Of a stretch of DNA of 64,000 bases, positions 34,828-43,743 are shown piece after piece (positions within the stretch are counted from its first letter, which is position 1; every line of letters begins with the position of its first letter). The DNA is taken from positions 1-64,000 of the forward strand of contig JABIHA010000058.1 of assembly GCA_018649885.1 (NCBI GenBank), written 5' to 3'. This stretch comes from Bacteriovoracaceae bacterium. Its GTDB lineage: Bacteria > Bdellovibrionota > Bacteriovoracia > Bacteriovoracales > Bacteriovoracaceae. Made by a program: the position numbers and the translations under genes. The notes under the pieces are model-generated. The model was not told the origin of the DNA. It made no database searches and saw nothing but the letters and a program-made list of their open reading frames with translations.

Positions 34828-35286
34828 TTAATTTGAAAATCGATCGGCGTCGTTTAGAATTTTTTCTGTCATCATCTGATAGCTGTGAGAATGATCTGTC
34901 TTTGTTATTCGCGGACAAAAATTGTGGCCCATGGGTGAATGGATCTCTACTTTTTCCCAAAATGCAGTCTTGGCGTTTAACCATTTTTCACCGGAAATAT
35001 CTTTGACCCAAACTGATCGAATGGCCTGTTTTGAATTGCTATTTATCCAGTGAACAGCGCAGCCTATATCATCAAATTTATAAACTTGATTATTTTCTCC
35101 AATCACTTGAGCGGCAAATCTTTTATCACTAATAACCATTCTACAATTTGAACAACTATCGCGGTCCCAATGAAGCTCAATTGGTTTTTCTATTTTTTCT
35201 GACAAACAGGATTGGAATAAAATGAACGCTGCACAGAGTAGGAAAGTGCTAAGTGAAATTTTTATGAATTTAAAATGAACTACCAC
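34828..35286 (-). CDS. nosL: NosL copper chaperone lipoprotein
   Basis: Lipobox FQSC, C..C.M.ISD.RFAAQ, KFDDIGC, SPMG. Confidence 0.9.
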   Translation of the reverse strand: MVVHFKFIKISLSTFLLCAAFILFQSCLSEKIEKPIELHWDRDSCSNCRMVISDKRFAAQVIGENNQVYKFDDIGCAVHWINSNSKQAIRSVWVKDISGEKWLNAKTAFWEKVEIHSPMGHNFCPRITKTDHSHSYQMMTEKILNDADRFSN

Positions 35287-35334
35287 ATTCCACCCATTTT
35301 TTCTAAAAAAACATAACGATTTGTTAGTTTAAGA

Positions 35335-35350
35335 AGTGATCTAGATCATT
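35335..35350. promoter_or_regulatory. CRP/FNR-like palindrome
   Basis: aGTGAT-CTAG-ATCATt, with the perfect palindrome TGATCTAGATCA at 35337-35348, between nosL and nosZ. Confidence 0.5.
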
Positions 35351-35389
35351 AGATCATTAGATCATTAGATCATTAGATCATTAGATCAT
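35342..35389 (+). repeat. (TAGATCAT)6 octanucleotide microsatellite
   Basis: Six exact copies, each containing GATC. Confidence 0.95.
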
Positions 35390-35592
35390 TAACCAATAAA
35401 CATTAAAGTCAATCATATTCGGTTACCTAATGATCAACAATGTAGGCTTTTAGCTTTCCGGATTGTTTTTATTTCTCAAAGAATTATAAGTCAAACTAGC
35501 AGTACTTGAAATTTATTGGGAAGTAGGTTTTGAGTAATGTTTAAAAAATATTTCATAGTAAAAAAAAATCAATAATATCGAGGAGGACATTT

Positions 35593-37527
35593 GTGTCAAA
35601 AAGAGCAACATTGAAGACTTTTTTGAGTCTAATCACAGTACTCAGCTTATTTTCAACTACTTTATTTGCTGAGTCGTTAAAAAGTATCGCAAAAAGAAGA
35701 GGCCTATCTGACAAAGATTTGATAGCCGCTGCAAAAACTTACACTCCTACTGGTAAGAAAGATGAGTACCTCGTTTTTTCTTCTGGTGGTCAATCAGGAC
35801 ATCTCATTGTTTATGGGGTTCCCTCAATGAGACTACTAAAATACATTGCTGTTTTTACGCCTGAACCATGGCAAGGATATGGTTATGGTGAAATCGAAGG
35901 CATGCATCGCCTGAAAGAAGGTGAGATTCGCGGAAGGAAGATTACCTGGGGTGACACTCACCACCCGGCCCTTTCAGAGACAAAAGGTGACTATAATGGT
36001 GACTACGTCTTTATTAATGATAAAGCGAATCCAAGAGTTGCTGTTATTGATTTGAACACCTTTGAAACAGTTCAAATCGTAAAAAACCCCATTTTTAAAT
36101 CTGAGCACGGCAGTGCAGTTGTGACCCCAAATACTGAATATGTTTTAGAAGGAGCTCAGTATCCAGCTCCCTATGAAAATAAATATGTTGCTCTCACTCA
36201 AGAAAACTTTAACAAAGTCTATAGAGGTGGGATGACATACTGGAAATTTGATAAGAAAAAAGGAAGAATCGATCTGAAGAGATCATTTACAGTAGAGCTT
36301 CCTCCCTACATGCAAGATATCACCGATGCCGGTAAATCAATAAGTTATGGATGGTCTTTCACCAACTCCGTTAATACCGAAAGATATATTGGTGGTTATG
36401 GTAATGGAAATACAAAACTAAAAAATAGATTGGCCAATGAAGCGGGAATGTCTGAAAAAGATACCGATTACATGCACATCATTAATTGGAAAAAAGCTGA
36501 AGAGCTCTTTAAAAAAGGAAAATTCAAAAAAACAAATGGCATGCCGGTAATTTCCATGAAAGATATGGTCGCCGCCAATGCACTTGTATTACTTCCTGAA
36601 TCAAAAAGTCCACATGGTTGTTCTGTTAGCCCGGATGGACGATATATCATTGTGGCAGGAAAGCTAGATACCCACGCAACTGTTTTTGATTTTAAAAAGA
36701 TAAAAGCGCTTATTGATGCTAAAAACTATGCAAGTAAAGATGCTTACGGAATTCCTGTACTAGACATGAAAAAAACTATTCATAAACAAGTTCAACTGGG
36801 CCTTGGACCACTCCATACTCAATTTGATAAAGAAAAAGGAATTGTTTACACATCTTTATACGTTGACTCATCAGTTGCTAGATGGAATTACCTTGAAGGG
36901 AAATTAATCGAAAAGCTTCCCATTCATTACAATATTGGCCACCTTATAACGGCCGAAGGAGATACTGTTAATCCTGATGGTAAATATCTTATTGCATTAA
37001 ACAAACTTGCCATTGATAGATTTAATCAAGTTGGACCACTCCACCCACAAAATCACCAGTTAATTGATATTACTGCTAAAAAGCCAATGCAGCTTCTCTA
37101 CGATATGCCTCTGCCACTGGGAGAGCCCCATTACGCACAAATGATTAAGGCCGATAAATTGCATCCTAAAATTAGATACAAAAAGAAAAGCTTTAAGCAC
37201 TATGTAAGACCAGGGCAAGAAAAAGTTGAAAGATCTGGTAAAAGTGTCACCATTCATTCAACTGCAATTAGAAGTCACTATAGCCCAGAAGTTATTGAAG
37301 TTAGAAAAGGAGATCAGATTACATGGCACATCACAAATGTTGAGCGTGCTCAAGATCAGGTCCACGGCTTTGGTCTCGATACTTACAACATTCATGGAAG
37401 TATTGAACCTGGCGAAACTGTGACTTTTGAATTTGTAGCAGACAAACGAGGAGTTTTTCCTTTTTACTGTACTGAATTTTGTTCGGCCCTTCATTTAGAA
37501 ATGACTGGTTATTTCTTAGTCAAATAA
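35593..37527 (+). CDS. nosZ: Clade II (Sec-dependent) nitrous-oxide reductase
   Basis: GAGGAGG RBS, Sec-type signal, SGGQSG, CuZ His motifs DTHH/SEHG/PHG/GPLH/EPH, CuA motif HGF..CTEFCSALHLEM. Confidence 0.97.
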   Translation: MSKRATLKTFLSLITVLSLFSTTLFAESLKSIAKRRGLSDKDLIAAAKTYTPTGKKDEYLVFSSGGQSGHLIVYGVPSMRLLKYIAVFTPEPWQGYGYGEIEGMHRLKEGEIRGRKITWGDTHHPALSETKGDYNGDYVFINDKANPRVAVIDLNTFETVQIVKNPIFKSEHGSAVVTPNTEYVLEGAQYPAPYENKYVALTQENFNKVYRGGMTYWKFDKKKGRIDLKRSFTVELPPYMQDITDAGKSISYGWSFTNSVNTERYIGGYGNGNTKLKNRLANEAGMSEKDTDYMHIINWKKAEELFKKGKFKKTNGMPVISMKDMVAANALVLLPESKSPHGCSVSPDGRYIIVAGKLDTHATVFDFKKIKALIDAKNYASKDAYGIPVLDMKKTIHKQVQLGLGPLHTQFDKEKGIVYTSLYVDSSVARWNYLEGKLIEKLPIHYNIGHLITAEGDTVNPDGKYLIALNKLAIDRFNQVGPLHPQNHQLIDITAKKPMQLLYDMPLPLGEPHYAQMIKADKLHPKIRYKKKSFKHYVRPGQEKVERSGKSVTIHSTAIRSHYSPEVIEVRKGDQITWHITNVERAQDQVHGFGLDTYNIHGSIEPGETVTFEFVADKRGVFPFYCTEFCSALHLEMTGYFLVK

Positions 37528-37549
37528 TAAGGCCATAAGGAGAATTGAT

Positions 37550-38074
37550 ATGAAAATCTTAAAAACTATAATATTTGTACTTTTAATGAGCGCCTATTCC
37601 ACTTTGGGATGGGCCAATACTGAAAAAATTGACTATAAGGCCAAGTATGTTGAAAAACAAAAAGTGAATAATGACACTATCGGTATCATCGCTGGAGTCA
37701 TTAACTATGTTTGTCCAAAACTAGTCAGTAAATCGACTAAAATTTGTAAAGTTAAAGACCCCGTAGGAAGTGCTGTGGGATTCCAAAAACAGCTTTTGGG
37801 AAAAGGCGACATTGATGATCTTGATGATATATCAGATAAAGAGTTAAAAGCTGCCCTAAAAAAGAGAAAGATTCTGCACAAAGAAGGTGCCATGCAATTT
37901 TATGATGCCGTCGAACAATTTAAGATGCACTACCCAGAAAGAAAACTTGCCACTGATTTTGCGGCAAAGAAAAAATGGAGACAGGCATTCCAACACGAAG
38001 AGATGGCATGGCAATTTTTAGTTAAATGTGCCAGCCGTGGAATTTTTGCTAAAAAAATGGTTGATGGAGAATAA
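37550..38074 (+). CDS. Secreted hypothetical protein inside the nos operon
   Basis: AAGGAG RBS, signal peptide, 3 Cys, no CxxCH; its stop overlaps the next start (TAATG). Confidence 0.8.
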   Translation: MKILKTIIFVLLMSAYSTLGWANTEKIDYKAKYVEKQKVNNDTIGIIAGVINYVCPKLVSKSTKICKVKDPVGSAVGFQKQLLGKGDIDDLDDISDKELKAALKKRKILHKEGAMQFYDAVEQFKMHYPERKLATDFAAKKKWRQAFQHEEMAWQFLVKCASRGIFAKKMVDGE

Positions 38075-38499
38075 TGATGTTTAATATCCTAAAGACAATG
38101 AGTAGTTTTTTCTGCATTTGTTTATTAGCGGCCTTTCTGATTCCAGGGAAGGCCAAAGCCGAAACAGGTGCAAAACTTTTTAAAAAATTGACCTGTATTT
38201 CATGTCACGGAAAAGAAGGACGTGGGAAAGTAAGGCGTAAAGATAGAAAGGATCCGAAAACTGGTAAGTTTAAATACAGAAAAGGTGATCCGATGAGAGG
38301 ATTTGAGGAGTATCCTAAGCTTGCAGGACAAAATCCTCTCTATCTATATATCCAAATGAAAGATATCTTCAGTGGAAAAAGAACAAATGGAAAAACCAAG
38401 GCGATGTATGGGATTCGGAGAATGATTGAAAAGCAAGCAACTGACGCCGATTTAAAGGCCATTGCTGAATACTTGTCAAAAGTAAAACCGCTACCATAA
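38074..38499 (+). CDS. Monoheme cytochrome c (NosC1-like)
   Basis: Signal peptide, CISCH, YPKLAGQ, distal Met. Confidence 0.9.
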   Translation: MMFNILKTMSSFFCICLLAAFLIPGKAKAETGAKLFKKLTCISCHGKEGRGKVRRKDRKDPKTGKFKYRKGDPMRGFEEYPKLAGQNPLYLYIQMKDIFSGKRTNGKTKAMYGIRRMIEKQATDADLKAIAEYLSKVKPLP

Positions 38500-38526
38500 C
38501 TAGTTTTAAATTTAAGGATATGATAA

Positions 38527-39282
38527 ATGAAAAAATTAACAATGCTACTTCTCTTAGGACTCTTTGCTCTTTCGAGTACCCTATATGCACAAAAAAAGAA
38601 GTCTACAGGGAAGTCTACTGGAAAGAAGTCTACAGGAAATAAGCCCTCAGATTTTAAAGGTACTTGGGGAACAAAGGTTGAAGAGGCCCTCAAGGCCTTG
38701 AAAATAAAAGGCAATACTAAACACGGCGCAATTATTTATGAAGAAATCTGTGCTAATTGCCACCAGCCTGAAGGTCATGGAGATCCCGCTGGTAACTTCC
38801 CTCAGCTGGCCGGACAGCACAGTACAGTTGTCATCAAACAAATCGCAGATATCCGGGCCGGAAATCGTGATAATCCAACGATGTATCCATTTGCAAATGC
38901 TATTGCCCTCCAAGAGCAAACAGATGATCTTTTTGATAAGCCAAAAACAGGAGCCGAAACACTGGCCGATGTTTCTGCTTTTATTGAGACTCTAAAAATC
39001 TCTACTAAAAATGCTAAAGGGGATGGAAAAGATTTGGCCCACGGCGAGAAACTTTACAAAGCTAACTGCGTAAAATGTCACGGGGACCATGGGGAAGGAA
39101 AAGCAAAAGACTACTACCCTCTAATTGCCTCACAGAATTACAATTATCTGATGAGACAATTTAAATGGATTAAGGCAGGTAAAAGAAGAAATGCCAACCC
39201 AGACATGATTAAACAAATTAAGAATTTTTCAGAGCGTGATATGAAAGCTGTTCTAGATTACGTTTCAAGACAGGTGAAGTAG
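38527..39282 (+). CDS. Diheme cytochrome c4-type (NosC2-like)
   Basis: CANCH and CVKCH, FPQLAGQ, NPTM/NPDM. Confidence 0.9.
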   Translation: MKKLTMLLLLGLFALSSTLYAQKKKSTGKSTGKKSTGNKPSDFKGTWGTKVEEALKALKIKGNTKHGAIIYEEICANCHQPEGHGDPAGNFPQLAGQHSTVVIKQIADIRAGNRDNPTMYPFANAIALQEQTDDLFDKPKTGAETLADVSAFIETLKISTKNAKGDGKDLAHGEKLYKANCVKCHGDHGEGKAKDYYPLIASQNYNYLMRQFKWIKAGKRRNANPDMIKQIKNFSERDMKAVLDYVSRQVK

Positions 39283-40109
39283 TGTCAGATTCGCAGAGTA
39301 TTAACTCAAGAATTCTTTTAAGCAAAGTACTGATTGTACTCTCAGTATTGTTGTATTTGGGCACTTACACTCTTGGACCACTATTCGAATATATCGATCC
39401 AGTGACCAAGGAAGTGGAATTTGATCCTGAAAATCTTTCCTTCCAACCATTTAAATTCTTGATGCCAGATGGTCTCGAGGAGATGACGGTTCCACCTGAG
39501 CAGCAAAAGTACTTGGGGAAAGTTTCCTATGAGTTTTTTCCTGAGGGAATTTATGCTTATCTTATAGGATACAAAACAATGCCAATTTGGAGGGTTTCAC
39601 TAGAGGCCCCCCAATATCCAAAAGCATCTTATCCTGAGGGTATTCCCGTTTATTTTACTCTAACAGACTTCCGCGGACAAGTGGTTGAAATGAATGTGAT
39701 TAATCACTACATTGGTATGGACCCCATGGAAGTTGGCGCTTTCAAAGTCAGGAAGATGGTGCCCTTTCTGATTGGAGGCGCACTTCTTTGTTTAATGGTT
39801 TCCCTATTCTATAGTGGCCCATTTTGGTGGATACTAACTCTTGGTCCATCTGCTTTCCCTTGGATTTATATGGGGACTTATATTTACTGGTTATACTGGT
39901 TTGGCCATAATCTCCACTCCTATGGAGCATTTACCATCAAGCCATTTATGCCAACAGTTATCGGTGATGGGAAAGTTGCCCAATTTACCACCCACTCATA
40001 TCCTGCGGTAGGATTTTATTTCTTATTTTTTGGCTTTATTTTAATCATATTATCCACATTAATTAAAAGGAAGGCCTTAAAAGAGAAGAAAGAAACCATT
40101 AGAATATGA
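39282..40109 (+). CDS. nosB: NosB membrane protein
   Basis: PIWRVSLEAPQYP..PEG, MNVINHYIGM, WLYWFGHNL, FMPTVIGDGKVAQFTTHSYP. Confidence 0.9.
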   Translation: MSDSQSINSRILLSKVLIVLSVLLYLGTYTLGPLFEYIDPVTKEVEFDPENLSFQPFKFLMPDGLEEMTVPPEQQKYLGKVSYEFFPEGIYAYLIGYKTMPIWRVSLEAPQYPKASYPEGIPVYFTLTDFRGQVVEMNVINHYIGMDPMEVGAFKVRKMVPFLIGGALLCLMVSLFYSGPFWWILTLGPSAFPWIYMGTYIYWLYWFGHNLHSYGAFTIKPFMPTVIGDGKVAQFTTHSYPAVGFYFLFFGFILIILSTLIKRKALKEKKETIRI

Positions 40110-41404
40110 AGTGCACAGTCCTACTTATCGCTTTCATTTTCTCATACGCACATGCACTGGAGCGGCCTTCGCTTCAGGCAATAATAGACTCAACTCCTAA
40201 AGATGCAACAGTAGTGCTTAAGGCCGGAACATACCAAGGCCCGGTAATAGTAAATAAAGCAATCACCATCGATGGTCGAAATGAAGTGATCTTCGATGGC
40301 GGTGGTAAAGGAAGCGTTATTACTATCTTGGCAGATGGTGTTGTAGTAAAAAACTTAAAGGTAATTAATTCAGGTGACAGCCATGACAAAATGGATGCTG
40401 GAATACTTGTAAGGTCATCAAATAACAAATTTCACAACAATATAATTTCCAATACTCTATTTGGATTTAATTTAGCTAAATCTCACAACAATGAATTAAT
40501 TGGAAATGATATCTCGTCAAAAAAAGTTGACCTAGGTATGCGCGGTGATGGCATAAAAGTATGGGCGAGTAACAACAACCTCTTTTCCAAAAATATCATT
40601 CACGACTCAAGGGATATGGTGATTTGGTATTCTGATGGGAATAAGGTTTTGGATAATAAGGGGTGGAATAATCGCTACTCACTACACTTCATGTATTCTG
40701 GCGCCAATACCGTTCTTAGAAATAAATATAGAAATAGTGCTGTAGGAATTTTCTTGATGTACTCCCATGATACCGTCATTGAAAACAATCAAATTAGTTT
40801 CTCAACAGGTGGTACCGGTATGGGAATCGGTATGAAAGAAGTGGATAATCTAACAATACGATTTAATAGTATCGTTTACAACACAACGGGCATCTATCTC
40901 GATCAGTCTCCTCATAAACCATCCGCTCACAATATAATTTTTGGCAATACAATAGCTCACAACAAAGATGGGGTTGTTCTCCATGGCACACTGATAAACA
41001 ATGTTTTTAAAGGAAATGCATTTCTAGATAATATTGAAGACGTCTATGTTCATTCAAATGGGACTGCAAGTGAAAATATTTGGAGCGGTAATTATTGGGC
41101 AGATTATGAAGGATTTGACAGAAATAGCGATGGATATGGTGACTACAAATTCACCAAGAAGAAATATTTTGCCCAGCAATGGATCGAGCACCCCAATGGA
41201 AAATTCTTCTATGGCTCACCTATTTTGTCTGTCTTAAATTTTTTATCAAGGCTTGCTCCATTATCTGAGCCCATTTTTGTTCTCGAAGACAAAAAACCTA
41301 TCTTTTTTAAGAATTCAAAGTTAAGACTTTCATCAAACAATATGGTTTTTGACCGCAGTGAGCTAATCTTTGATGAAGATCTAGAAGATGACGAGGATTA
41401 TTAA
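40106..41404 (+). CDS. nosD: NosD maturation protein
   Basis: Parallel beta-helix repeats, RGDGIKVW, RYSLHFMYS, GNYWADYEGFDRNSDGYGD. Confidence 0.95.
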   Translation: MKCTVLLIAFIFSYAHALERPSLQAIIDSTPKDATVVLKAGTYQGPVIVNKAITIDGRNEVIFDGGGKGSVITILADGVVVKNLKVINSGDSHDKMDAGILVRSSNNKFHNNIISNTLFGFNLAKSHNNELIGNDISSKKVDLGMRGDGIKVWASNNNLFSKNIIHDSRDMVIWYSDGNKVLDNKGWNNRYSLHFMYSGANTVLRNKYRNSAVGIFLMYSHDTVIENNQISFSTGGTGMGIGMKEVDNLTIRFNSIVYNTTGIYLDQSPHKPSAHNIIFGNTIAHNKDGVVLHGTLINNVFKGNAFLDNIEDVYVHSNGTASENIWSGNYWADYEGFDRNSDGYGDYKFTKKKYFAQQWIEHPNGKFFYGSPILSVLNFLSRLAPLSEPIFVLEDKKPIFFKNSKLRLSSNNMVFDRSELIFDEDLEDDEDY

Positions 41405-41405
41405 T

Positions 41406-42056
41406 ATGATTTGTTTAGAAAATGTTGGAAAGAAATTTTTTAAACACCATGTTTTATCAAAAATTAATCTCAAGTTAAATTCTTCAGACCGCATAGCTAT
41501 TATCGGTGGTAATGGGGCCGGCAAGACAACTCTTTTTAGATGCCTACTTGGTCATTACACCCACCAGGGTAATATCACCATATTTGGGAGAAATGCCAGG
41601 CGCAATAGAGTGGAGCTATTAAAAGATGTAGGCTTTGTCCCCCAGATCCCTCCTCCCATCCAAATGACTGTTGAAGAATTAATCAACTTTAATCTTTCAA
41701 TCTCAGATACTGTGACAAAAGATGATATTTTTAGCGTTGCCAGTGATTTGAAACTAGATATTTTAGAGCATCAAAAAAAACCATTTTTCAAATTCTCTGG
41801 AGGAATGCAACAAAAACTTTTAATCGCTTTGGCCTTAGCAAAAAAACCTAAATTATTAGTTTTAGATGAACCTGCGGCCAACCTAGATCCTTATGGCAGA
41901 GAGATTTTCTTTGAAAGGCTTCAAGAAATCCCCAAGGAAACAATCGTTCTACTCACCAGCCATAGAGTTAATGAGGTGAAAAATTTTGTCAATCGTGTGA
42001 TCGAGATGGATTGTGGCAATGTAATTGGCGATCAAAGATTTGAGGTAATAAAGTGA
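41406..42056 (+). CDS. nosF: ABC ATPase NosF
   Basis: GGNGAGKTT, FSGGMQQK, LDEPAANLD; lies between nosD and nosY. Confidence 0.9.
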   Translation: MICLENVGKKFFKHHVLSKINLKLNSSDRIAIIGGNGAGKTTLFRCLLGHYTHQGNITIFGRNARRNRVELLKDVGFVPQIPPPIQMTVEELINFNLSISDTVTKDDIFSVASDLKLDILEHQKKPFFKFSGGMQQKLLIALALAKKPKLLVLDEPAANLDPYGREIFFERLQEIPKETIVLLTSHRVNEVKNFVNRVIEMDCGNVIGDQRFEVIK

Positions 42057-42880
42057 AAAGCTTTAACTCCATTGTTTATACTGAGATTCGCGAATCTATG
42101 CGAACTAAATGGTTTTTTCTATATAGCTTAATTTTTGGTGGCGCAGTTATTACGCTCTACTCACTAGGAATTACAGAATCTCAAGTTTTAGGTTTTGTGG
42201 GTATCAGTAGAGTTTTGATCATTTTCATTCAGCTATGTCTTGCAATCCTGCCTATTTTTATTTTAATTTCAACAGTACGGGCAGTTGTAGGTGATAGAGA
42301 GACCCATGTTTTAGAATATTTTCTATCCATGCCCATTTCTTTAAGAGCATATTTTTGGGGGAAATTTCTTGGAAAATTACTAGTTGTTTTTATTCCTACC
42401 GCCTTGGCCCTGATCGGCGCTACTCTTTGGGGTTTTATTAAAGGTCTTGAAGTGGCATTGCCTTCAGTATTTCTCTATATTGTCCTACTATTCTCTCTCA
42501 TTATATGTTTTCTAGGCCTTGGCATGTTCATTTCATCTATTGTCAAAAAAGTGGAATGGGCCCTTGGGTTATCTTTTCTTATTTGGCTTACACAGCTTTT
42601 ATTCATAGACGTGCTACTTATCGGTATTATGCTCAAATACCAAATTAAAGAAACTTTAATTGTGGCAGTTACCCTCTTAAATCCACTTCAAGTTTTTAGA
42701 GTCGCCTCGATCCTCGTTTTCGATCCAGAAGGATCGATTTTAGGTCCCTCATCATATGTGATTCTAGACTCTATTGGTCGAACTGGTTTTTTAGTTTTTT
42801 CCACGATCTACCCTATAAGTATTGGCTTTCTACTGGCAATTCTTGGATACAGTATTTTTCGAAAAGGTGACCTGGTCTAA
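42053..42880 (+). CDS. nosY: ABC permease NosY
   Basis: Multi-TM; DRE..VLEYFLSMPIS..YFWGK, NPLQVFRV. Confidence 0.9.
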   Translation: MKSFNSIVYTEIRESMRTKWFFLYSLIFGGAVITLYSLGITESQVLGFVGISRVLIIFIQLCLAILPIFILISTVRAVVGDRETHVLEYFLSMPISLRAYFWGKFLGKLLVVFIPTALALIGATLWGFIKGLEVALPSVFLYIVLLFSLIICFLGLGMFISSIVKKVEWALGLSFLIWLTQLLFIDVLLIGIMLKYQIKETLIVAVTLLNPLQVFRVASILVFDPEGSILGPSSYVILDSIGRTGFLVFSTIYPISIGFLLAILGYSIFRKGDLV

Positions 42881-43743
42881 ATTAGCTTATCAAGATATTT
42901 AATACTTGGAGTTAAGGCAGTATCGTCACAGACATCAACGCAGAGTCCACAACGAGTGCATTCCCCCGAGGCTATATACTCCCCAATACCTTTATTGACG
43001 GTATCTTTTAAAACAAAAGGTACCATACACACTGCCTGACACTCTTTGCAGTTTGAGCACTTATTTGGATCCCAATGAATTTTGACAGGAGAAATCATTC
43101 CCAGGCTTATATAGCTGACTCCAACAGGGCAAAAGTACTTGCACCACGCTCTTTTACTGAATAATACTTCTAGCGCGAGCATGAAAAAGACAATCACTAA
43201 AATAAGACTTGGCCCATAGACAAAACTTCGACTGAGTCCGCTGACAGGATTTATAAATTCAAAGACAGTAAATCCTGTCACAAAGGCCAAAATGAGAAAG
43301 ACAAAAAATAGGTAGTATTTTATTTTTCTATTAAAGGTCTGGTTTTTAAATTTGATCAGGCCCTTTTTTCGCAAAGTTTTGTGAAAAAACTCAGCAATTT
43401 CAGAAAGGGCGCCGTAAGGACAAACCCATGAACAAAATGAGCGTCCGCCAATGAGAATGTAGAGCACAACAATAGTAACAAGGCCTATGACTAAATTAGT
43501 TTTTACCATTTTACTGGCCAACATAATTTGTAGAGAGGCAAAGGGATCGGCAAGGTGCAATCCTAAAAACCTTGATGCACTAAGGGATCCTTCAAGGATT
43601 TGAATATCAAAATAAAATGAAGCAAAGAAAAATAAGTTAATAAAAATGAGTGATATCCAGCGAAGAATTCTCCATTTACGAGGAGATTGGTTTTCTTTAA
43701 TAGAGATTTCTCTGCGTCCAGGACCTTTTTTTAATGTACTCAT
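42877..43743 (-). CDS. nosH: NosH/NapH-type membrane polyferredoxin (quinol dehydrogenase)
   Basis: GRSFCSWVCPYG, WCKYFCPVG, CSNCKECQAVC, CTRCGLCVDVC. Confidence 0.9.
   Translation of the reverse strand: MSTLKKGPGRREISIKENQSPRKWRILRWISLIFINLFFFASFYFDIQILEGSLSASRFLGLHLADPFASLQIMLASKMVKTNLVIGLVTIVVLYILIGGRSFCSWVCPYGALSEIAEFFHKTLRKKGLIKFKNQTFNRKIKYYLFFVFLILAFVTGFTVFEFINPVSGLSRSFVYGPSLILVIVFFMLALEVLFSKRAWCKYFCPVGVSYISLGMISPVKIHWDPNKCSNCKECQAVCMVPFVLKDTVNKGIGEYIASGECTRCGLCVDVCDDTALTPSIKYLDKLI

Noticed and set aside
35593..35720. Tat signal in NosZ (KRRGL)
   Set aside because: The RR lies after the hydrophobic segment and the predicted LFA cleavage site, so the signal is Sec-type (clade II)
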